DNA of 64,000 nt from Octopus vulgaris (Eukaryota), in the NCBI GenBank assembly GCA_951406725.2, contig OX597827.1:39060001-39124000 (forward strand), given 5' to 3'. Position numbers and translations under genes: made by a program. The first letter of the stretch is position 1. The number at the start of each line of letters is the position of its first letter. Positions 1 to 13,160 of the stretch are shown here, one piece after another. The notes beneath the pieces were generated by a model, which had not been told where the DNA came from, did no database searches, and saw nothing but the letters and a program-made list of their open reading frames with translations.

Positions 1-399
1 AGTTGTCAATCTTAACACGCTTACATACACGCGTGCCCACACAAATATACACACATACATACATACATACATACATACATACATACATACACATTCGCAC
101 ACACACACACACATATATATATATGCATACATATATGTGTGTGTGCGTGCGTGTGTCAATTATACGGCAACTAGCACGCACTCTCATACATGCTTACGCG
201 AGCGTGTTAGAGTGAAAGTGTGTGTGTGTGTGCGTGTATGTATATATATATATATACATACACACGCTCCTAATAAAATATAACACATATTAGCTCTCGT
301 ATAACATACCATAAAACAAAAACTTAGGTTTCAGATGTTGATACACACACACACACATACATACATACATAAATACACACACACACACATACATACATT

Positions 400-470
<71 letters not shown>

Positions 471-1515
471 CTGTGTGTGCGCGCGTGTATGTGTGTATGT
501 TTTGTCTCTACTCTTGCCGTTCTGAATATCTAAACAATTTCAGAAAAGAAAAGAGGGGAAGGGGAAGGGGAAGAAAAGAAGAAAAAATATGCGGTGTTAC
601 TACGGAAACTATCAAATCTCTCCTTTAAGGCATTTTGGAATCCTTATTTGGCTGTTTATTCCACTCACCCACCCATTTACCCACCTACCTCACTTCTAAA
701 ATTCTACATCACATACGGCTCAGCCCTGGTGGCGGTAGTGGATGTGGAGTGTTTTAGAAGCAGGCAGGCTGGTGGAAGCGATGGCATTGGTGGTGATGGT
801 AACATTAAAAAAAAAAACCAAAAACCAAAAAAAAAACCTGCTTCCTTCCTCTTTTCTCACGTAACACTGTCATGTTTCCCATACAGAACATTTTTAGCAA
901 TTAAGATCACTGATAAATGAATGCTATTGCTACTGCTGCTGCTGTTGTTGTTGTTGTTGTTATTTCCCTCTCCCCTTCCATTCCCCTTCCCTCATCCTTC
1001 CCCTCCTTCCTACTTCCTAGTCCTTCCTTTCCTCCTCCTCCTCCTTTCCCTTCCAGATCTTTTTGTACTTCTTCACCGTTTCCTTTTTCTGATTTCTTCG
1101 TTTATATTTTCACTTCTTACTTTTTCTTCTCTTTTTCCTTATTTCTTTTCTTCTTTTCCTTTCCTTTTTTTTCTTGTCAAGGGCCAGACATGGTGGAGTT
1201 GAACCTGAGAAGGAGGGCAACAGATTTTAGTCTGCCACCTGTTTTAGGCTATGCTAGTATTTGAACTGAGAACGCAAACATCCGCAGCAGCATGTCTTGC
1301 AATGAGTCCCGTCTGATGCTTTAACAATTTCTGCCAGCCCTCCACACTAGACTGGTACTTGATCTGTAGATTCCAGAATGATGAAAGGCATAGTTAACCT
1401 CAGCAGGAACTGAAGTTACAACACAATAAGCCAGAATTTTCAAATTGGTTACAGTGTTGTCTCCCTTGCTTTCATTAACGTTAATGGTTTCACTTCGTTT
1501 ACGAGTATAATTTTA

Positions 1516-2788
1516 TCAGATCATCCCATAAGTTCTGTCCGAATTTTGAACAAAGAAAACAATGTTATATTTAATTGAAATTTAATCATCAATGTACTTT
1601 CCTTGATTATCTGTGACTTCCTTCCATCTATTTACAATCTTTTTAATCGCATCAATGTAAAACTCTTTTGGTTTCAAAGTGAAGAACTCTGAAATGTCAG
1701 TTTCGACCTCCTCCTGGCTTGCGGAAGTTATGTCCCCCAAATGATTCTGTAAACTACGAAACACATGGTAGTCTGAAGGAGCCAGGTCGGGAGAATAAGG
1801 TGGATGAGGAATTTTTTTCCCAATCAAGCTCTTTGATCTTCTGTGATGTGATCTTTGTAGTGTGGAGTCATGCATTGTCCAGATGAAACATCACTCCTTT
1901 TCGATTCAATAATGCGGGTCTTTTTTCCTTCAAAGCTTGGTTCAAACACTCTAATTGCCGACAGTAGACTTGAACATTGATTGTTGCATTAGGTGGTAAC
2001 AATTCAAAGTGAATTACTCCTTTGCAATCCCACCAGATAGAGAGAAGAACCTTTTTCCCATGAAGTCCCCTTCTTGATTGTGGTTGAGCTTTTTCCCTTT
2101 TACCAAGCCACTGTTTACGACATTTAACATTTCAATAGAAGATCCATTTTTCGTCACCAGTCACAAGTCTATACAAAAAGGGTGAAATGAGTTGGCGAGA
2201 ATGGAGAGAAGAGCAGATGTCAACTCGAGATTTGCGGTTGCTTTTGGACAACTCATGAGGCACTCATTTTCCAAGTTGTTGAAGAACCTTTCCAAGTTGT
2301 TGAAGATGATGATGAACAGTTATATGGTTTGAACTAAGCTTTATTGCCAATTCTTCAACTGATAATGCAGGATTTTCTTCAAGTAATGCCTCAAGGAGCT
2401 TATCATCAAACGTTCTATTCAATCTTCATCTTCAAGGCTGAAATCTCCACTTCTGAATTTTGCAAACCATCTTCTGCAAGTTCTTTCATTCAAGCACTCT
2501 TTCCCATAAACTGAGTGTATGTTTCGAGTTGCTTCAGCTGCAGAGTTTCCTTTTTTGTACTCATAAAGCATTATGTGCCTCAAATGCTCTTTGGATACTT
2601 CCATGTTAGAAAGGGTTTTAATCAAAGAAATTTTAATTCTATTATTCTGTAAAATAATATTTAATTAGTTTAAATGCACACAAATGCATAAAAATAATTT
2701 TTAATTCCATTAGACATTCTAAAATACTAATAAATTTCATTTAATTTTAAAAAAGGTAAAATCGGACAGAACTAATGGGATGACCTAA
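1516..2788 (-). mobile_element. Full-length (1273 bp) inactive mariner transposon
   Basis: ~31-bp imperfect TIRs (tcagatcatcccataagttctgtccga / tcggacagaactaatgggatgacctaa) flanked by TA at 1514-1515 and 2789-2790. Transposase remnants: N-terminal HTH (ORF 2419..2625), GK*VPHEL, LVTGDEKW, HLDNA, PHPPYSPDLAPSDY, with stops and frameshifts. Confidence 0.95.
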
Positions 2789-3094
2789 TAATTGATTAAA
2801 AATTCTTTTTGCTCATTACATCAAATATGTTTGATCCCCAGTAAATATTTCTTTATAATGCAGAAGGTATTCTGTGAGATTTTCCAAGTCATGTTTCTTT
2901 TTACAACTGGATGCCTTTCCTTTTTTATGACTGGATCACCAATCACTTTATAGAGTTGACTTGGTGCATTTTACTGTGACACCAGCACTAGAAAATTCAT
3001 CCCCCAACAAGATCAAAGAGCCTCTTCTATTCAATACCCCCCTTGCTTGTTCTTTCCTTGGTATAGCTTATACAATGATGTAATTTGTATGGGT

Positions 3095-3450
3095 GACAAC
3101 AGCTGTGTAAAGAAGTGGTGATCTCTAACAGTGAAGGGAACCTGTGGAAGACTTTGACTCAGAAAAACATAGGACAAGGTGGTGAGGCATGATCTTTGAA
3201 CGTTGGATCTCACAAAAGTGATGACAAGTGATTGTGGCCTTTGGTGATTTACTGTGCTTGAGAAGACTCGTCAAGCCAAGTGAAATTGTAATTGTGGCCA
3301 ATGCCGGTGGCACAGGGGAAACGCCTGTGCTGGTGACATTTAAAAGGCACCCACTACACTCTTGGACTGGCTGGCGTTAGGAAGGGCATTCAGCAGTAGA
3401 AACCAAGCCAAAATCACAGAATTAGAGTCTGGTGCAGCTCTCTGGCTTAC
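3095..3450 (+). mobile_element. Degenerate RTE-clade LINE 3' fragment
   Basis: Diverged homology to 4705-5641 (gggaacctgtggaaga... and ggcgttaggaagggcat). Confidence 0.7.
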
Positions 3451-3820
3451 CAGTTTCATTCCCCACCTGGACGGGACACTAATCTGTCGCAGGGTCACTC
3501 TCATTTGCCAGCTAAGTGGACTGGAGCAACATGAAATGAAGTGTTTTGCTCAAGAACACAACACGTTGCCCAGTTCAGGTATCGAAGCCACAATCATGAG
3601 TCCAGCACCCTAACCACTAACTAAGCCATGCACCTCCACCCTTAAGTATTTAATTATTCAAAATAATTAGGGGTTGGCATGGCTGTGTATAGGCACAGGC
3701 ATTGCTGTGTGGTTATCAACTTTGCTTCTCAACTACATGGCTTTAGGTTCAGTTCTACTGTGCTGCACCTTCAGCATGCATTTTCTACAATAACCCTTAG
3801 CTGATCAATGCCTTATACAT

Positions 3821-4355
3821 ATTTTTCTCAACCGATCAATGAGCTGACTGAGTAAACCTATCAATAACAAACCTATAATGTTTACTGGAAACAGCTGTTA
3901 GTCAAATTTACTATAATAAAGGAAAATATGACCATTGTTTATGTGTTGTTTTGTATATCACTCTGTGTAAAATCCAGTATAACTGGAATACAACCATTGA
4001 CTTATAATGGATGCTGCAACAAGAACACATGGAGTTCTTCACTAATCTAAACAATATTGTTAGCCTGGTGTACTAACAGTGAGCTTATATTGTATTTTGC
4101 CAATATTGATAATCCTTCATTAATAACTATACATATATCAGCATCATCATCATCATTTAATGTCTGTTATCCATGCTGGCATGGGTTGGATGGTTTAATT
4201 GGGCTGGCATGGTCTGGCATGGTTTTCTATGGCTTGATGCCCTTCCTAACACCAACCACTCTGAGTAAATTTGACTTACAGCTGTTTCCAGTAGTCATTA
4301 TAGTTTTGTTATTGATAGGTTTACTCACTCAACCCATTGATTGGTTGAGAAAAAT
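3821..4355. repeat. ~90-bp long inverted repeat pair (foldback/MITE-like)
   Basis: 3821-3910 is the reverse complement of 4266-4355 with a few substitutions. Confidence 0.75.
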
Positions 4356-4391
4356 TGAATGACCTAGAAAGTTGATGTTACTTTTGTCAGA

Positions 4392-5808
4392 GTCATTTAC
4401 TCTTTACTCTTTACTCTTTACTCTTTTACTTGTTTCAGTCATTTGACTGCGGCCATGCTGGAGCACCACCTTTAGTCAAGCAAATCGACCCCGGGACTTA
4501 TTCTTTGTAAGCCCAGTACTTATTCTGTCGGTCTCTTTTGCCGAACCGCTAAGTGACGGGGACGTAAACACACCAGCATCGGTTGTCAAGCAATGCTAGG
4601 GGGACAAACACAGACACACAAACATACACACAAATACATATATATATATATATATATGTATATGTATATATGTATATATATATGTATATATGTATATATA
4701 TATATGAGAATGGCTGAAGATAGTTGTGTGCAAAAGTGCTACACCCTAGCAGTTGAGGGAACCTGTGGAAGAGGTAGACCCAGGAAAACCTGGGACGAAG
4801 TGGTGAAGCACGACCTACGAACTTTAGGTCTCACCAAGGAAATGACTAGAGACCGAGACCTATGGAAGTATGCTGTGCGTGAGAAGACCCGGCAAGACTA
4901 GTCAGGCCATAACCCGTGGCCCCTACCTGGGACGTAGTCAGTCCACCTGTGCATACCTTCCTTCTTGTGACACTTGTGAAGACCTGTTGAGGCAAGTGAA
5001 AATCAAATCAAAAAAAAAAATCAAACAAAATCAAAATAGATGAACATCAATGGAATTTGTATCTTTGTGGTACCAGTGCCGGTGGCACACAAGAAAACCA
5101 TCCGAACGTGGCCGTAGCCAGTACCGCACCGACTGGCCTCCATGCTGTGGGCACGTAACAATCACCATCCAATCGTGGCCGATCGCCAGCCTAATCTGGC
5201 TCCTGTGTCAGTGGCACAAAAAAAAACCACCATCCGAGCGTGGTCGTCTGCTAGCCTTGTCTGGCACCTGTGTCGGTGCTACATAAATACACCATCTGAG
5301 CGTGGCCGTTCGCCAGCCTCGTCTGGCACCTGTGTCGGTGGCACATAAAAACACCATCCGAGCGTGGTCGTCTGCTAGCCTTGTCTGGCACCTGTGTCGG
5401 TGGCACATAAAAACACCATCCGAGCGTGGCTGTTCGCCAGCTTCGTCTGGCACCTGTGTCGGTGGCACATAAAATCACCCACTACACTCTCGGAGTGGTT
5501 GGCGTTAGGAAGGGCATCCAGCTGTAGAAACACTGCCAGATCTGACTGGCCTGGTGCAGCCTTCGGGCTCCCCAGACCCCAGTTGAACCGTCCAACCCAT
5601 GCTAGCATGGAAAGCGGACGTTAAATGATGATGATGATGATATATATACGACAGGCTTCTTTCAGTTTCCGTCTACCAAATCCACTCACAAGGCATTGGT
5701 TGGCCTGAGGCTATAGTAGAAGACACTTGCCCAAGATGCCACGCAGTGGGACTGAACCTGGAACCATGTGGTTGGTTAGCAAGCTACTTACCACACAGCC
5801 ACTCCTGC
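4392..5808 (-). mobile_element. tRNA-derived SINE (family A) split by an RTE insertion in its central microsatellite
   Basis: Head at 5808-5645 (gcaggagtggctgtgtggtaag...ggttcagtccc A/B-box-like) and 3' half at 4700-4392 match intact copies at 24478-24885, 27217-27620, 38797-39195 and 49485-49880. Confidence 0.85.
4705..5641 (+). mobile_element. 5'-truncated RTE-clade LINE: ORF2 C-terminus, 3' UTR with 62-bp tandem repeats, (TGA)n tail
   Basis: ORF 4593..4901 ends in VEGTCGRGRPRKTWDEVVKHDLRTLGLTKEMTRDRDLWK, typical of RTE C-termini; terminal ...gcggacgttaaatgatgatgatga. Confidence 0.85.
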
Positions 5809-6044
5809 ATCTAAAGAAATTTTAAAAAGTAGTCAAAAGTGTTTAAACAGTTCATAAAATATGCACAGGAAGGGAACAGTGAATGAATCATTTGCAAAAA
5901 AAATAATCATCTACCAAATTTCATTGGTTAATCTAAAGCTATATAAGTAGGCATTTGCTCATGATGCTATAATGTGGGATTGGATTTTAAACCATGTGAT
6001 TCCAAAGAGAACTGTTCACTTAGCCTCACAGCTATGCCTGAATC

Positions 6045-6219
6045 CAGAGGCATAGCCTCCAAAGTTAGTGTGAGTGAACACATAAAAAAAAAAGATGCCG
6101 TGATACATACCAAACAATTTTTATCTCATTGATTATACATTTTATAGAAGACGCCAATTTTAAAAACTGTGCTTGGGGGAGCAGTCACTCCCCTTGTTTC
6201 CCTATTAGTTACGCCACTG
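6045..6219. mobile_element. Short hAT-like MITE
   Basis: Termini cagaggcatagc / gttacgccactg; imperfect 8-bp flanks cctgaatc / cctgcacc. Confidence 0.5.
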
Positions 6220-7319
6220 CCTGCACCCTTCTTATATAAAATTAGTTCATATGCTATATGCTGTAGTTTATAATTTTGCTCAAATGCTCATTCCAAAATT
6301 CATAGTTTATGCTTTGTTCTGAATGTTGGAAGGCTATGCTTCACTGATATGGTTAGAATAAAACTGAAACAAATACTGGAGTTGCCATTCATCCATATTT
6401 GGCAGAAAAATTAAAATAATTTCAGTGATTTGACTTAATTTTGTTTCTCCAACCCCATTGCATAATTATCTATAATTACATTTTTAATGCTTTTTCTCTT
6501 GATTATATATGTTAACACCAACTTAACTATTGATTTTCATATGGATGCCATCATTGAATCATTCATTCTCTGAAATTATTGTATTCCTCTATGCTCACCA
6601 TTATATAATATTGTATATCTACTTAGCGGTTCTTTCATCTCAATTCAGCATGTATGATGAAGTCTAAGCTTTGCTAATGAATAATTTTCATCAGTGACTA
6701 ATATTGTTCAAACAGCGTAGTTAGCTTTTTAATGACACCTACAACCCCTGCATTAAACATGTGAGCACTAATTTATCTAGTGATACATATATATATATAT
6801 ACATACATACATACATGCATACATACATATAGTTATGTGACAGTCATAATTCTAACTGTAAGAAGCTCATAATATCATAATATCAAAACTAATCAAAATT
6901 GTAATCTTTCTGATATTTAGTTGGATCTTCAAGTTCTTTTTAATTGGTTATATCTCACATAGTATAATCTAAAATACGAGTCTCTTTTGTTCATTATTCT
7001 TTAAATCTTAGATAAACACAAAAGTTCTACAAACAGGAAAAGTATTATTGATTTAGTTATGATTTCTATATAATTTTGTTTACTTTTGTAAGAGTTTGTT
7101 GTTGAGTTTTGTAGTTTTCCTTGAAGTTAAAACCAAACCCAGCTCTGACGGAGCAGAACTATGATCAAAGGTAATCTGGAAGAGACCATTCCTCTCTTTT
7201 TCTGTTTTATTTTCTTTAAACATAGTGTCTCCAAGAGTATATTATCTAATGTATCCTCTATATTAAAAACAGTAGTTTGTGATTCAAGGAGTAATCTTTC
7301 CAACAACAACCTAAAGCAC

Positions 7320-8163
7320 CTTTTTGAATTCCATGTTTAACACTTGCTGACATGCTTACAAAATCAAAAAAACAATACAGCACCCATGACTTTTGGAAAC
7401 ATATTTTCATACTCAGAATTACTAAAGCATGGAATAAACTACCCACATCAGTTGTTGGCTGTTGGAACACTGCATCCTTCAAAACTTCCATGCTTCCTGA
7501 AATTCGCCAACAGTACACCTGATGATGAGTAACAACTCATTCACTATTCACTTTCTGTGCATTATTCTATGTCAGGGGTGGGGAAACATTTTTGTGCAGT
7601 GGGTAAAAGTTTCCTCCAAAAAAGGTCCATGGGTGGATCACAACTCCAAACTCTTATATCTATGTAAATCTTGTATATATCTATGTATAATTTGATATAC
7701 ATTAATAAAGATGACTTTAACACATTAAATTAACATGTAACGTCTTCATTAATGCTGCCACTGAATTTGGGACGTTTATATTACTTATGAGGTATTCTAT
7801 ATTTTTCAGCTAGAGTGTAGTTGGATCTCAAATGGGTGGTACAAACCTAGCAATATGTGTTTTATAATGAAAACAAAATTTCCATCCAAATGGCAATTGC
7901 TGGACGATTTTTTGTTTGAGTCTAACTGTTTTAAGTCATAGTGGAAATGCGACCTATATCGCAAATAGGCATATGAATATTGTATAAATTTTATAATTGA
8001 AAAATTTACTATATTTTGTACATACAAATATACCAGCCAGCAGGCGCAATAAAATGGGCTTGCGGGGGTCTTCCCACCACTGTTCTATGTACTGTTCATA
8101 CATTTTTGTTTACATTTTCTGAGTTGTAGTGCATTTGAGCGCTGTATACCATCGTTTCATTAC

Positions 8164-8210
<47 letters not shown>
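7320..8210 (+). mobile_element. CR1-clade LINE 3' end interrupted by a hAT MITE, ending in (ATT)n
   Basis: 7320-7572 and 8083-8160 are homologous to 30215-30545. Confidence 0.75.
7573..8082. mobile_element. Non-autonomous hAT (Charlie-like) element
   Basis: TIRs caggggtgggga / ttcccaccactg; perfect 8-bp TSD ttctatgt at 7565-7572 and 8083-8090. Confidence 0.85.
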
Positions 8211-8215
<5 letters not shown>

Positions 8216-8668
8216 TTCTCTTTATCATGGGCTTTGTTGGAGCTCCTGTAGTCTTGTATGAACAGCATATTATTGTTGTTGTTGTTGTTAATTCCAGCAG
8301 TTTGAGTTGCCACACGGAGCCTCCTCATTGGTCTTAAAGAGTAATGAGAATAGTTTAGGTGTGAGATTAAAGCTCCGTGCTGTCTTCAGTTCTTGGAAAA
8401 GATAAAAAAAAAACCCTATCTTTTAAATTTTAAATTCAACTTCAATATTTAACATGCTGTAGATAATATATGTATATCTATATATATTTTCATTTCAGCC
8501 ATTTTTACAGTCTTTTTTCCATACAGGCATCATTTGTATGGAAACTTATTTGAGGCTGTATTTTGTGACTGGAAGCCCTGAAGCCCTCCCTCCTTGTTGC
8601 TAATCTTTACATGTTTCTCAAGTAAAGAAGATTTATATGTATATATATATGTTAAATTATATATATAT

Positions 8669-8727
<59 letters not shown>

Positions 8728-8797
8728 TACATACATACATACATACATACATAGATGCATTCATACATTCATGCATGCATACATACACACACACATA

Positions 8798-9258
8798 CAG
8801 GGTACAATAGGTAAATTGTCGCCATTTTATATTTTTAATTTTGTACATGTGCATTGTTTGTTTTTGATTTTGTTGACTACACAGTATAGTAGGGTCAATT
8901 GGGTACTGACTGTGAAAAAAAAGAAAGCACCATGATGCAATTCATTCTGCCAGAAATTTGGAAATGACATGCTGTACTACTTGGCATTCACACTGGAAGC
9001 TCCACTACGAACATTTCAGAGTGTTTGGGTGTCAATCTGAGGAAAGTGCAGAGGATCTGGAAAGAGCTGGATGAGTCCAATGGTTATTACGAAAGTATTG
9101 CAATTCAAAAAACTCAATCTGATCATTCTGATAAGGAAAGAACTCATGAACTCATGAATTTGACAATGATTCCCTCCAAGTCAATCAGGTCTACCGCCAG
9201 GGACATGGGAGTGTCTGGGTTTCTTATCAGGCAGATAGTGCATGAAGACATTCGGTAT
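8798..9258 (+). mobile_element. 5' fragment of a Tc1/mariner-superfamily (maT-like) transposon
   Basis: Starts TA|cagggt; HTH-like translation ISECLGVNLRKVQRIWKE...PSKSIRSTARDMGVSGFLIRQIVHEDIRY. Confidence 0.7.
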
Positions 9259-9453
9259 TGCCAACCACTTTACAGAATGTATTGAAATGCCTTTTCTGTG
9301 GCACTAGCAATAGTAAAATCACTAAGTAGTTTACAGGGCAAGACCCTTCAACTGCTGGGGTGGAGTAGTATTGAGGGACAGAAAAGACATCTTTCATTAG
9401 AAGAGAAACATGGCTATATCTGATGTGGAGAGAGAGAGGGAGAGAGAGAGAGG

Positions 9454-9526
<73 letters not shown>

Positions 9527-9739
9527 GTGATGATGTGACTGAGGTGAGACGGGACTGTACATCCAAGTTACAGGGTGGTGTATATAGTTAAGTGGACCAC
9601 ACATTGGAGAGGGGGGTAGGTGGGTGAGTAGGTGAGAAAGTTTGTAAGAATTCTCATCATTCATTGTTTTCATGCAAGAATGACATTTATGTATTTGTTG
9701 CATAATATTCCTGTGCAAAAATATCTAGTTACTACAGCC

Positions 9740-10870
9740 TTGCAATTGCTGAAAGCCTACTTGTTCACCCTTTTGTATATTTTTTTTTCCAAATCAGTCT
9801 TTATCCTTTTCAGGATAATCATACAGAATATTTATTTCCAATACTGTGCTTTGTAGGATTACACCCCTCCGATTGCTACACTCTTTGAATTTCTACATTT
9901 TCGGTATCCTAATCACTATGCCAACTTTCTAATCTTCAGGTATCTGTTCAATATTCCATATATTATGAAACAACTTCAATAATGTTCTTGCAGTCATGTG
10001 CTTATCTGCTTCCTTTTTTTCTTTTCATCTTATTTTTTTAACATTTCTTTTGCGTTTCCATCTAATTCAGGAGCCTTTCTGTTTTTTAATTGCTCAATAA
10101 AGCTTGCTATTTCTTCAACAGACATTTCATGTACAGCCACATCCAGCGCCTCTGTGCTTCAGGAATTATCAGAGCATTTCTTCCATTAAATGCCTTGTTC
10201 ATGATTGTATTAAAATGTTCTTTCTATCTTCCTTGAATGTATATATCAGATATTATTAGTTTCCCATCAATACTAAATGCAGGTACTCTCTTTGATCTTT
10301 TCACTTTGCCTGTAATCTCGTTTATTATTTCATAAGCTTTTCTGATTTCTCTACCACAATGAGTAAGTTATCTACTTCATCAGCTTTCACATTCAAGAAT
10401 TTTCTTTTATCTTTTCTTAAACACCTTTTCATCCCTTTTGAGATTCCAATATTTAGCTATTTCCATTTCAAAGTCCATCTTGTTTTCTCACTCTCTCCCT
10501 CTCTCCTCCCTTTCTCTCCCCCTCTCTCTATTTCTCTCCCTCTTCAACTTTTAACAATTCGTTTTTGTTCCTTTCGTGCCTCATTAACTTCCTATGTTTC
10601 ATCCCTAAATCCAAAATCCATTTCCTCCTATTTATCTTACTTCTACTCAGAACACCTTTGGCTACATTCTTCCATGCGCCATTGATTTCTACATGGTCTC
10701 CATCTATAGCTTCAGGTATCACTTATTGATTTCGACATTCAATTACAAATTCATCTTTAATTCTATCATCTTTCAACTTTTTTGTATCGAATCCAGTAAT
10801 CCCTTCCTTAATTTCCTTATCCTTAACTTTAACCAAATTGTCCCTTTTACTAACATATGATCATTTCCAA
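9740..10870 (-). mobile_element. Degenerate RTE-like LINE ORF2 fragment (linker plus start of RT)
   Basis: Minus-strand motifs EEIASFIEQLKNRKAPELDG, IWNIEQIPED*KVGIVIRIPK, ECSNRRGV, EQVGF; many stops. Confidence 0.7.
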
Positions 10871-11134
10871 AACCTGCACTTCAATAACTTTTAAAGCATA
10901 ATAGTGATTTTACATAGTATATTTATTCAAAAAATGAAGTATTTGATTGTAATATTTTTTTTATGTGAAGAGGCTAAGTGTATTTAAGAATAGTCTTTGG
11001 TTTAAAGAATAGTCTTCTGTTTGCTACTATGGTCAGCTTTGGTATTAGGTTACCATTTACAATTTTCATATCTCTTGCTGGTATACTATCAGTTTCTTCT
11101 TACAACAATTGGTAACAAGAATCTTTCTCTTCAT

Positions 11135-11190
<56 letters not shown>

Positions 11191-11796
11191 TGGTGTAAAG
11201 TACAATATTGATAATAAGGAGAATGAAGAGAATGAAGAATTTGAACATTCAAATTTTGTTTACTTACAGTTAGTTTATTCATGATAATAGCCCGAGACAT
11301 GTTTCAATCACACCAACTGCATATTTTTGCATATTCATATGCAGCAATTTATGCATTGTTAGTACAATCTCCTCAGGGCATATAAGTATGACATTTTTCG
11401 AAGAGGAATTTTCCTCCACTATAGTTAAAATTAGGCTTGGTAGTAGTAGTAAACCGTGACATTTTTCCATGAGATGTTTTTCTCAACTGTTTGTTTGGGT
11501 AAAATTTAATAGCAGCAGCAGTGTTTGTTGAAGTTCTCAAATGTTCTTGGCTGGGCGGGGAGTGGTTACTTAGAATACTTATTTTTGATTGATTCTACAT
11601 ACTTTTTAGTTGAAAGGTATTTTGATGAATTTCAGAGTTGATTATATTATTTGAAATTTGTGAAGGTTATTAATATTAGTAGTGGATAATTACTAAGCAG
11701 TAAGAACCATGTGGTTATTAAAAAGAAGTTGTCAGTTGTATTTTAATTCTTCTAACTTATTATTATTTTGAAGTGTTTTTAGGTTATATTATATAT

Positions 11797-11960
11797 AGGC
11801 ATAAGAGTGGCTGTGTGGTAAGTAGCTTACTTACAAACCACATGGTTCCGGGTTCAGTTCCACTGCGTGGCACCTTGGGCAAGTGTCTTCTACTATAGCC
11901 TTGGGCCAACTAAAGCCTTGTGAGTGGATTTGGTAGACAAAAACTGAAAGAAGCCTGTCG
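11797..11960 (+). mobile_element. SINE family A 5' half; a matching 3' half lies at ~14385-14617
   Basis: tRNA-like head gagtggctgtgtggtaagtagc...gggttcagttcc. Confidence 0.75.
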
Positions 11961-12375
11961 CAAGTGGTGTTGAGTGCTGTCGAATAGGATTGGAGTGGCG
12001 ATCATTGCTCAAGAATGTTTTTTTTTTTTCTTTTTAATTCGTATGTATGGCTGTGTGGTAAGAAGTTTGCTTCCCAACCACATGGCTTTGGGTTCAATCC
12101 CACTACAAGGTACCTTGGGCAAGTGTCTCCAACTACAGCCCTAGGCTGACAGAAACCTTGTAAATGAGTACCAGTCTAATACTGGTGCAGCCCCATCCTT
12201 CTCTCCAGCTGTCACATCCCCAATGTTCTGCTGGTTGAAGGGACAAGGGGGTGTCTATGTATGCTCAGATCTACAATGACAATCTAAAGCAATTAGCAAA
12301 AGCATGGTACATTCTACTAGTGTCTTACTCACTTGCAAATAATGACTGTGGTTCATATGTGTGTGTGTGTGTCTG

Positions 12376-12693
12376 AAGGCGCATGGCTCAGTGGTTAGAG
12401 CGTTTGGCCCACAATGATGAGGTGGTGAGTTTGATTCCCAGACCAGGTTGTGTGTTGTGTTCTTGAGCAAGACACTATTTCACATTGCTTACTTCACTCA
12501 GCTTTAGAAATAAGTTGTGATGTCACTGGTGCCAAGCTGTATCTGCCCCTTTGCCTTTCCCTTGGATAACATTGGCGGTGTGGAGAGGAGAGGCTGGTAT
12601 GCATGGGCGACTACTGGTCTTCCATAAACAACCTTGCCCGGAGGAGAACTTTCTAGGTGTAATCCCATTGTCATTAATTTCTGAAGGGGGTCT
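12376..12693 (+). mobile_element. tRNA-derived SINE (family B)
   Basis: Head gaaggcgcatggctcagtggttagagcg...gagtttgattccc with A/B-box-like motifs. Confidence 0.75.
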
Positions 12694-13015
12694 TGTATAA
12701 TATAATATAATTATGGTAGTATCAAGTCTGAGACAGAGGGTTCTGCAGTTTCTTACTGAATAACCTGCACAAAATTATCTGTTTCTAGTGATCAAATGTA
12801 TGTGCTGTAGATTAGCTCACTGTCTCCATCATGTTGGCATTACCTGTACAGGTACCACATATCAGGTGTCAAAGTGATCACAAAGCGACATGAGATAAAA
12901 TGTTTTTTATTGTAATCACAATCTTATGATGATGGGTGCAACCCCTAATCACTAGACTATGTACCTTATATATTTATAGTGACACAATAAAATGCACACA
13001 GACACATGCATACAT

Positions 13016-13079
<64 letters not shown>

Positions 13080-13160
13080 TGACAAGACACGTCAGGTTTT
13101 GCATATATATATATACATAAATATGCATATATATATATATATTTATGTATATTTATGTAT

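Noticed and set aside
3-1264. HT-rich and F/S/P-rich ORFs
   Set aside because: (CA)n and polypyrimidine low-complexity sequence; no recognisable domain
7515-7550. CTGATGA followed by a tgagt/actca hairpin
   Set aside because: No GAAA or stem III; part of a CR1 3' UTR
11279-11470. 63-aa ORF in non-repetitive sequence
   Set aside because: No recognisable motif or convincing splice context in the minus-strand frames checked
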